Positions 15,396 through 27,152 of a stretch of 64,000 nucleotides of DNA are shown one piece after another. Positions within the stretch are counted from its first letter, which is position 1. Each line of letters begins with the position of its first letter. The stretch lies in assembly GCF_009914755.1 (NCBI RefSeq), contig NC_060939.1; one strand, written 5' to 3'. The position numbers and the translations under genes are program-made. Origin of the DNA: the human T2T-CHM13v2.0 reference genome, Homo sapiens. Below the pieces are notes generated by a model, which ran no database searches, was not told where the DNA came from, and saw nothing but the letters and a program-made list of their open reading frames with translations.

Positions 15396-15885
15396 ACTCA
15401 TGCATTCATTAATTCAATAAATGTTTCTGGTTCTAAACACTCAGTTTGGTTCTGGGGATGCAGCAGTGAACAGACAAAGCTCCTGTCCTCTTGGAGCTTA
15501 TATTCTAGTAGAGGAAACAGACAATAAACAAGTGAGCAAATAAAAAAATTAAATTGTAGTACACACTTTATAGTGTGTATTACACACATTTTGTTTTTCT
15601 CAACAAAAAAACATGCTGAGAAAGTGATTAAGGGCATCAAATCTTTAGGCGTTTGGGAGGATGAGGGTATGGTGGTTCGACATGTATCTATGGCATTTGT
15701 TTACCTGAGCTTGAATTTTAGCTCCACCTGCTACTAGCTGTGTCACAGGGACATTGTTTAACCTCTCTGTGCTTCCTCACCTGTAAAGTAAGGATGATTT
15801 ATTACTTACCTCATAATATTAATGTGAGGATTATATGAGCCTAGAACATACTGAGATCTCAATAAATACTAGCTATTATCATCTG
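15396..15885. mobile_element. L2 3' end (15396-15540) and MIR (15700-15885) fragments
   Basis: cattcattaattcaataaatg..ggggatgcagcagtgaacagaca..cttatattctagt (L2); ttaacctctctgtgcttcctcacctgtaaa..gtgaggatta..ctcaataaata (MIR). Confidence 0.7.
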
Positions 15886-16849
15886 GAGAAACAGAACATT
15901 TTATTCTTTACTGAAGGGATTTTCCACATGAGCACATTAATAAAAAGCCTCTTGGAAATGTATGGGAAATGGCATCATTCATTCAATGTGTACTGAAACT
16001 TGATTCGTTCCAGGCCCTGAATCATGCATAAGAATGGCTTTTGTGTATAACAGTATGCCTTGGCTTTTAACTTTTTTTTTTTTAGTAAGTATTTTCTTTG
16101 TAAAAATTGTTATCTTTAGAAACACAGGAAGTGTTTTCATTTCTCTTCCACATATTTAGAACCAGTGGCCTCCCCTCAGAATGTTGCAATGCAAACACAA
16201 GCGTGCACAGCTTTTCTTCTGAAGACAGCGTATATTTCTCCAGCAAAATGGTTTATTTTAAAAGAACTAGAATGGCCTGACAGTATCCAACACTTCAACT
16301 GATGTAAAGGGGAACACTTTTAGGGTAATTTCACAAGTCAGTCTTTCTCACACACACAGAGACATACAGAAACACAAACACTACAAACCAATTGTTTTAT
16401 AAACTTGCTTGCCTCCTGTATTTGCAAATTACATCAGCTTATTGACGTGGCTTATACTTTGACTAGAAGAGTTCATGTGCCCAGGCAGGACCTGCAACAA
16501 ATACAGAATCACAAAACTAGGAGATTCCTTGACAAATATCTGGTATGAGATTACCCAAGATGGAGTGGGCCACAAATTTCTGGGAAGTAGGCAGGTGGTA
16601 GGGAAAAGGAGAGGAGGGAGAAGAGAGGAAGAATTACTGCAATATATCCTGGAATTTATACTTTCTAACCATTATCTGTAAATGAAATAAATATATTTCA
16701 CCTACATATTGATGGTTCTTTTCTAATGTAAATGATTAATAAGCCATTCTATAAATTCATTTTACAGCATTTTTGTACTCATTAGGATCCTATTTTTGTA
16801 AGTATTTTCTTAACCAATAATTAAGTACCAATCCTATCATGCTGGATTC

Positions 16850-17835
16850 TAGTGGTTCTCAGAGTGTGGTCATTAGACCAGCAGCATCATCTGGAAACTC
16901 GTTAGAAATGCATATTCTAAGGCTGGGTGCAGTGGCTCATGCTTGTAATCCCAGCACTTTTGTTACTGGAAAGGGATCCTGATCCAGAACCCAAGAAGAG
17001 ACAGTTACTGAATCTTGTGCAATTAAGAATTCGGAGTGAATCCATAGAGTAAAGTGAAAGCAAGTTTATTAGAGAAGTAAGGTAACAAAAGAATGACTAC
17101 TCCATAGGCAGAGCAGCGACATGGGCTGCTCGACTGAATATGCTTATGGTTATTTCATCATTGCATGCTCAACAACGGGTGGATTATTCATGAGTTTTCT
17201 GGGAAAGGGTAGGCAATTCCTGGAACTGAGGGTTTCTCCCCCTTTTAGACTATGTAGGATGACTTTCCGATGTTGCCATGGCATTTGTAAACTGTATTGG
17301 TGCTGGTGGGAGTGGCTTTCAGCATGCTAATGCATTATAATTAGCATAAAATGAGGAGTGAGCAGTGAGGACGACTAGAGGTCACTTTCACCGCCATCTT
17401 GGTTTTGAGGGTTTTGATCGGCTTCTTTACCACATCCTGTTTTATTAGCAGGGTCTTTGTGACCTTTATCTTGTGATACCAGTCTTGACGACCTCCTATC
17501 TCATCCTGTGACTAAGAATGCTTAACCTCTTGAGAATGTAGCCCAGCAGGTCTCAGCCTTATTTTACCCAGCCCCTGTTCAAGATGGAGTCGCTGTGGTT
17601 TGAATGCTCTGACACTCCTGAGGTGGGAGGATCTCTTGAGCCTGGGATTTTAAGGAACCTAGTGAGACCCTGTCTCTACAAAAAATAAAAAAATTAGTTG
17701 GGCATGGTGGTGCATGCCTGTGGTCCCAGCTACTGGGGAGGCTGAGGTAGGAGGATTGCTTGGCCATGGGAGGTCAAGGCTGCAGTGAGCTGTGATAACA
17801 AGCCTTTCCAGTGATTTGATCTGATTCATGCTATA
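16850..17835. mobile_element. Nested stack: MER5A containing AluJ (16921-16960 and 17615-17797), which contains a MER41 LTR
   Basis: MER5A start (agtggttctcagagtgtggtc..accagcagcatca..gttagaaatgca) is interrupted by the Alu 5' end. The Alu resumes after the LTR, and MER5A resumes at aacaagcc.tccagtgatt. Confidence 0.8.
16961..17614 (-). mobile_element. MER41 (ERV1) solo LTR carrying tandem GAS motifs
   Basis: Minus-strand start TGTCAGAGCATTCAAACCACAGCGACTCCATCTTGAACAGGGGCTGGGTAAAATAAGGCTGAGACCTG and end ..CCCTTTCCAGTAACA match MER41 consensus termini as recalled. Confidence 0.88.
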
Positions 17836-18540
17836 TTTAAATAAGTAAGGCATCCTACTGAGAATGAATTGCTCTAGAAATAGTTTTTAGAAGTAGTTCC
17901 TAGAAAGGAAAAGACTTACTGTTCCTTGGTCCTAGTAATAAGTGAGAACTGCTTTTAAAGCTACCCCAGTCCTTTGGTGACAACTTCCTTCTGTCAGTAC
18001 ACATGCTTCTGAAGGCCAGCCAATCAGCAACAGCCTCCCTCAGGGACCATGCTTCTAAAGGTTTTTTAATCCCTAAAAACTCCCACCGCTGAGTCAGCCA
18101 ACCTCCAAGTCCTGCACTCCCCGAAGCTGTACAGAGATCAGCAGCATGCTGTGTTCACTTCTCCCATTGCTGAACTGCTATAGAGCAGCGGCCTCTTCCT
18201 TCCACAACTCCATGGAAAAGCTGGATTCAGTCCAGAGATCACCTGTCTGGCACTTACAGGGGTATACATTGCAAACACATGAGGTGAGCCAGGTGCGAGG
18301 CAACACTGAGTAAATGTGGCGACTTGGAGAGGCCGTCACATTGCTGTGACACATATACACACCACATGGGCCAAACCATGCACATCAGCAGTCCTGTGGT
18401 CTACAGGCCATCAGTCTGCAACATCCAAATTAGCGCAATCCTTCATTTCATACATTTAATTCATTTTAGGCAGTCCAGGAAGTATTAGGATTCTCCGGAG
18501 AGACAGAAAATTAAACATGTATATAAAATACTTATATATA

Positions 18541-19173
<633 letters not shown>

Positions 19174-19662
19174 GGTATAGATACACGAGAGGGGATTTAT
19201 GAGGGGGATTGGCTCACACAATTATGGAGGCTGAGAAGTTCCACCACAGGCTGTCTGCACGCTGGTGACCCAGTGGGGCCGGTAGGGTGCCTCAGTCCAA
19301 GTTCAAAAGCCTCAGAACCGCGGAAACTGATGGTGTAACTCTCAGTTGGAGACCGAAGGCCTGAGAACCAAGGGGCCAATAGTGCAAGTCCTGGAGTCCC
19401 AAGACTGGAGAGGCTGAAGTTCGCATCTGCAAGGACAGGAGGAGGTGAATGTTCTAGGTCCTGGAGAGAGAGAGAGAAAGAGAGAAGGAAAAAAAATCCT
19501 TTTCTCTCCTTTTCTGTTTTATCCATGCTGTCAGCTGTTTAGACGATGCCCACCCACTCCGAGGGTGGATCTTCCCCACTCAGTCCACCAACTCATATGC
19601 CAATCTCCTCTGGAAACAGCCTCACAGACGCATTCAGAAGGGATGCTCTACCAACTCCATAG

Positions 19663-19971
<309 letters not shown>

Positions 19972-20277
19972 CTCCCTAGGTATTTTTTAATCCAGGCAAG
20001 TTGACACTTAAAATTAAGCATCACACAGGGGAAGGAAATTGCCTGAGAGCAGAAACTGATCTAGTGACAGTTTGAACACAGCCCATTCCCATGCTGGTGC
20101 ACTTTGTGTGCTTTGAAAAGAAGGTAAAGGATTTCGTGGCATTATAAAAAAATAACAATTATGCTTATGTTGTCATTGAAACCATGAGGCATGCGAGTTC
20201 CAGCTAAAGGTATTGGCAAGTCTACTCCTTAGTTGTCTGTGGATGAGCTAGAGTACCTAAACAGCATTTTACCTATC

Positions 20278-21305
20278 CATGTGGCCCCTGAACAACCTGA
20301 GTTTGAACTACATGGGTCCATTTATACATGGATTTTTTTCAATAAATACATTAGAACACTTTTTGGAGATTTGCGTCAATTTGAAAATACTTTCAGATGA
20401 ACCTTGTAGACTAGAAATAATAAAAAAAATTAAGAAAAAGTTAGGCATGTCATGAATGCATAAAATATGTGTAGATACTAATCTATTTTATCATTTACTA
20501 CTATAAAATATACACATATCTAGTATAGAAAGTTAAAATGTATCAAAACTTAGGCACACACTTATAGACCATACATGGCACTATTGGAAGTCCAAAGAAA
20601 TGCAAATACAAAGATGCAATATTAAACCATAACTGCATAAAGTTACCTGTAGTACATGCTGTGCTACTGTAATGATTTCATAGCCACCTCCTGCTGCTGT
20701 TGCGGTGAGCTCAAGTGTTGTGAGTATCCGCTTAAAACGCCCTGTGACGCTAATCATCTCCACATGAGCAATTGTTTCTCCGGTAAATTGCAGATCTCAA
20801 TGGAAAGTGATCTCTTGTGGTTCTTGCATACTTTTCATCCTCTTTAGTGCAATACCGTAAACCTTGAATAACACCATGCCTCTACTGAAGCTGGAAAGGG
20901 TCCCAAGGAGCAGAGAAAAGTCATGACATTACAAGAAACAGTTGAATTGCTTGATATGTGTCATAGATTGCAGTCTGCAGCTGCAGTCTCCTGACATTTC
21001 AGACAGAGGATTCGTCTTGTAAACAGACGTGTAAACTGATGGTATTGATACAGCACAGTACTGTAAATGTATTTTGTCATCCTGTGGCTTTCTTAATAAC
21101 ATTTTCTTTTCTGTAGCTTCTTTTATTGTAAGAATGAAGTATATAATACATATAACATAAGAAATATGTTTATGTTATTGGTGAGGATTCTGGTCAACAG
21201 TAGGTTATTGGTAGTTCAGTGTATGAGGAGTCAAAAGTTATACTTGGATTTTCTACTGTGCTGGGAGTTGGTGCCCCTAACTCCGCATTGTTCATGGCTC
21301 AACTG
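20278..21305. mobile_element. Tigger2-type DNA transposon deletion derivative
   Basis: Ends ..ccctgaacaacctgagtttgaact and ..gcattgttcatggctcaactg|TA resemble Tigger2 TIRs; contains a remnant of the transposase 5' region (aagcagagaaaagtcatgacattacaagaa-like). Confidence 0.82.
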
Positions 21306-21747
21306 TATTTTTATTTTTTAAGCCAGGAGTTTCTTCTTGGGATTAGTGTATGAATTATAGTGAAGAAATGTTTATTTATTTGTGTGTCTACTGAGCATCT
21401 ACTCAGGTTGTCATTGTGCTAGTCTGGGAACAGAAAGATAGGGAAGATGCATCCCTATTCTCCAGTGCTCACAGCTGGAGGTAGGGAGGCAATGGAAGAC
21501 AAGCAGGGTTGGGGAGATCAGAAAACGTTTCCCAGAGACAGTGACATTTGAGTTAGGTCTTGAAGCGTACCTTCGCATGAGCCATGCAAAAAGAAATAAG
21601 AACTCTTGAGAAGTGCCCAAATTTTCCTGAAATGCACACATGGGAGTGTTCAGAATGCTGAAACCAGTAACACGGGAGTGATTATATAAATTATGTCCAT
21701 ATTAGGAAATGGCATAACACTGTAAAATGATATTGAATGAAATTTAT

Positions 21748-21884
21748 GGCTGGGCGTGGTGGCTCAGCCTGTAATCCCAGCACACTGGGAGGTGGAGGCA
21801 GGCGGATTGCTTGAGCCCAGGACTTCGAGACCAGACTGGGCAACATGGGAAACCCTGTCTCTTCCAAAAATACAAAAATTAGCC
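21748..21884 (+). mobile_element. Alu left monomer (FLAM-like)
   Basis: GGCTGGGCGTGGTGGCTCA...aaaatacaaaaattagcc. Confidence 0.85.
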
Positions 21885-22110
21885 AGTCTCATAGCCTGGT
21901 TTCAAAATATATAAATAAATAAATAGATTAAAATTTAAAAACAAAGAAATAAACAAATTTATTAAAAATGCTAAAAAATGAATAAAAGTTTTAAGAAATT
22001 TTTAGAAAGAGATTTAAAATGCAGGGAAATGTGTTTGATATATTATTAGTTGAAAAAACAGGCTTATTATTATATATAATTTTGTCATTTAAAAATTATT
22101 TATGTTTTCC

Positions 22111-22263
22111 TTTTTTTTTTAGAGACAGACAGGGTCTGTGTTGCTCAGGCTGGAGTGCAGTGGCTATTTACAGCCCTGATCACAGTACACCACAACCTTG
22201 AATGATTTTTCTGCCACAGCTTCCTGAGTAGCTGGGGCTACAGGCTCTGGCCACCACACCCGG
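22111..22263 (-). mobile_element. FAM (fossil Alu monomer)
   Basis: Retains the 7SL-derived segment gcagtggctatttacag, which dimeric Alus lack. Confidence 0.7.
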
Positions 22264-22264
22264 T

Positions 22265-23345
<1,081 letters not shown>

Positions 23346-24115
23346 TGTTATCTTTATAGGAAATGCTCATTCGTGTATTCATTCATTGACGGTGGACTAC
23401 ACGTGGACTTCATGTTGGCCACTATAGGAGCTACTACAGGGTAGATGGGTAAACTTGAGAGACACAGCCCTTGCCCTCTCAGAACATGCAATCTGATGGA
23501 AGAGAATAATTTTGAGCTAGCTATTGAAGATTTATGGAACACTTACATACATTTATCTATTTGTGAAACTATATATGTAACTTATACATGGAAAAATGCT
23601 TGGCTATATACTGAAATTAACAGAAATAATTTTTGAGTGGAAGTGATTTTTTTTTCTTTCCTTTGTGTTTTTCTGTATTTTTCAAGCTTTTGTAATGTAT
23701 ACACATTATGTTTGATGTTAGGTAATTTCTTTTCTCTTTGTTCATTGTTTAAGTTTTTCAAGGTTGGTTGGTTGGTTGATTTTTTTACAGGGAACATGTG
23801 TGATTTTTTGCAATTAGAACAAAAGGAAATAAATAAGAAGAAGACATCATACATACACCGTTTACCTATGTTTTAGACATAAATAAAACACAGGAAAGAA
23901 GAGTTCTTTCTCTAGAGTGACGGTGAGTTTGAAGAGGAAGATATAGAAATCCACTTTCAGAGCTGGGATTTGCTGTCATAAGTTCCAGCACAGGCCTTCA
24001 CTCACCAGAAAAGCTGAGGACATGTCTCTCTTCAGCTGGGCAGCCTCTTCTGTGTCCAACAAGACAGGAATCAACAGCTCTGAGAGCTGGAAATCTGGCC
24101 TCCGGATCCAGGCCT

Positions 24116-24126
24116 GGGAATTTCCC
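24116..24126. promoter_or_regulatory. Consensus NF-kB site GGGAATTTCCC
   Basis: Matches GGGRNWYYCC; ~2.8 kb upstream of the CEMIP TSS. Motif only. Confidence 0.45.
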
Positions 24127-26754
24127 TTTTCTGATGCCAGCTTCAGGCCCAGTGTCTAAGGGCGACCCCTGTTGGTGGGACTTAAGTATGCTCATTATTC
24201 GTGAGCTGCTTCTCCAAGGGTGGAGATGCCCAATTCAGTTTTAATTTTTTGTGGGTCTGCTGGAAACCTTGAGGCCCACAGCCCACTCACACACTACCCT
24301 AACTACATCCTGCTTCCCTTTTCTCCTTGTCCTCCACCCGTCTACTCCAGGTTTTCCTGGACAACTGGGTCTGGAGGCTTGGCGTATGGAGCCACAGGTG
24401 TGGCCAACCTTTTAAACTGTAATAAGGCAGGCTGCTGTAGGGTCAGGTGCTGTCTTTGCTGATCAGCAGGTGGAGTGTGGAGGCCCTTGTTTTAGGGAAC
24501 AGATGTGGCATCCTGTCAGCAGACTGAGGATGCCAGACTTGGGCAGCTTGAGGCAACAGTGAGCAGGCAGGCCAATCTACTGCACAAGGATGTAGCTGAG
24601 GGGGCTGCATCCCACCTGAGGAAGGTGGGTTGGAGGCAAATGCAAAGAATGGAGGAAGGGCAGGCTTTCTGGGTGGCAGGTCACACCATTGATGGGCGTT
24701 TCCCTTCTCTCTGGAGACTCTCTGCTGGGAGATTTCGGCAAGAATCAGAAAACTAACACAGCCTTTCTTGACCAGCTCTTTCCTGTCTCTGCATTTATAA
24801 GAGCAAGACAATGGATTGCGAAAGTGTGGGCAGTAAATCCACCAGTGTCATGTTGCTATATTTATCCATAAAGAATTACGCGGCACGCCCCGTTCATCAC
24901 TGAGTGCTGAATGGCAGTGCTGAATGGAGAACTGGCTGGAGAATCTGGTTTTAGACATTCGGAGCCTGTTTGTAATTCATCAGCACTGCTCTTTTCCCCT
25001 GGGCATTGGTCTGTGATAAAGAAAACTGGATACCAGAGGAATGTGCTGGGCATTTCAGTGCTTTGAGAAAACATAGCCAAGCACTTCTCAGGGCCCATCC
25101 CTAGACAGGACCCTGCCTTTACCACTTCATCTCCCAGATGGCTGTGGAGCCAGCCCCTCACCAGAGAGCTACCTGGCTCCACTCAGGCCTCAAATCTACT
25201 GTCTGTTGATGGAAAATCCTGCATGTCGTGCCAAGCCAGGCTGATTCAAGGTCGACCTTTCTCCATTTGGGCCAAATGCCCAGCACCCCCAAACCCCTAA
25301 CACACAACTCTTTGTGGGTCTGGTTTCTGGGAGCTCCTTAAGGAAGAAAAACATAAACAGGAATCATGGTGAGGACTGGGGAGAGGGGCCCTGGGTCGGG
25401 GGGGCTCCATTTTATTCGGCTGGAAAGAAAAGGTTGGGGAGGAGGGCTTGCCATTGGATCCAGTTCATTACTTCCCAATAAATCAAAGAAGGGCTGAGAA
25501 TCCTGACCACCACCCCCAGTAAGGATCAAGTTCCGCTTTCTGGAAGAGGCCTAGAGGTGGATTGCAGGACTTCCCAGTTTAACCAGGTGACAAAGGCTTC
25601 TGCTTCAGCCCAGATGTGATCACAGACTTCCACAGCTTCTGCCGACCACAGCCTGGCCTTAAAGTCCAGACCTAGAGTCCCGGAGCTAGTGTGTACTACA
25701 CAGAATGGAGACCTTGCCTGAGGAGCTGGTTCTCAGAGAACACTGGCAGGAAGGAAGAAAGAAATGTATATTCTAGGAGGCCTCTGCTAACCAGGAAAGG
25801 GGGCTGAGTCACACTCTGAAAGGTGGAAGAGGCAGAGAGCAGGTATCAACGCCCTCATTTTACAGATTAAAACAAAACAAGAAAAACAAACACTCCTCAC
25901 CTCCCTGCAAAAAAACCACCCTGAGGCTCAGACAGGGGAAGTAGCTGGCCCTGGTCACACAGTAGGTTAGCGGCAGAGTTGAGAGGAGACTCCATATGCC
26001 CTAGGGATGTGTTGTGATGAACTTTTCCTACTGGTACTGTTTCCTCCCGCGAGGGAATGTCTAGACCAGCCGCACCTTCTTGCTTTGACCCTTCAGAACT
26101 TTGGCCTGTCCAGTTAAAGAGGCACAGAGCCCTCCTACCCACAGGGAATGTTTCTAACTTACCAAGCACCTATTATGTGCTTAGAACTTGGACTTTCCTG
26201 ATCTCATTTAAGCCTCACCATTCTAGTGAGGAAGCATCACAGAACCCATTTTCCTGATGAGGAAACTGAGACTGGGAGGGGTTAAGATCCTGTACACAGT
26301 TGTAACTGGCATGTCTGAATCCAGTTTCAAACCAAGGTGCCTTTCAGTGAACACCCAAGCATCTTCCTCTCGGATTAACTGCTAGGCCAATACCAAAATC
26401 TCTTTCTCGGGCTACTCTTTTGCTGCTGAGTTAAAAAGAGATCCTGAGACTTAGCCTGGGACCCCGACTCGCGGCGATTCTGTGGCAGGCGCAGACCTTT
26501 TCTCCTGTCCTCCACTGCCTCTTTGCCTCGGAGGGCGCCCCGGGGCGCGAGCGGGGCACGGGCGACCCTGGCTCCTTGGAGGCCCGGGGACTTGCTCTCC
26601 GCGGTCCGCCGCGGCCGCTCCACCGAGTCCTGGCCTCCAGCGCCCTCACCTGGCTGCTGCGGGCGGGACTCTGCGCACCCGGGCTCCGCGGGCTCAGGTC
26701 TGCGTCTCCCAGAGCCGCCGCCAGAGCCCGCCCCGGTCCGGCCCGGGCACAGGG

Positions 26755-26908
26755 CCCCCGCCCCACTTGGGCAAGGCGGGGGCGCGTGGAGGGAAGTTTC
26801 ATCGGGGGGCGAGGGAGGGAGCTTCGGTGCCGCGCGGGCGTCAGGGGCTCCGCGGGGGAGGAGTCAGTAAAAGTGGCTATAAAAGCGGCCTCTCGGCTGA
26901 GGGCCGGG
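26755..26908 (+). promoter_or_regulatory. CEMIP: CEMIP core promoter: GC boxes, kB-like GGGAAGTTTC (26791), AP-1-like GGAGTCA (26860) and TATAAAA (26878-26884)
   Basis: The TATA box lies 31 bp upstream of the recalled mRNA start GAGCTAGCGCTC (26909). Confidence 0.8.
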
Positions 26909-27152
26909 GAGCTAGCGCTCAAGCAGAGCCCAGCGCGGTGCTATCGGACAGAGCCTGGCGAGCGCAAGCGGCGCGGGGAGCCAGCGGGGCTGAGCGCGGC
27001 CAGGGTCTGAACCCAGATTTCCCAGACTAGCTACCACTCCGCTTGCCCACGCCCCGGGAGCTCGCGGCGCCTGGCGGTCAGCGACCAGACGTCCGGGGCC
27101 GCTGCGCTCCTGGCCCGCGAGGCGTGACACTGTCTCGGCTACAGACCCAGAG
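26909..27152 (+). other. CEMIP: CEMIP (KIAA1199/HYBID) non-coding exon 1 (5'UTR)
   Basis: AUG-free, starts ~30 nt after the TATA box and ends at donor CCCAGAG|GTAAGA. Recognised as the KIAA1199 5'UTR and consistent with its position downstream of ABHD17C. Confidence 0.88.
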
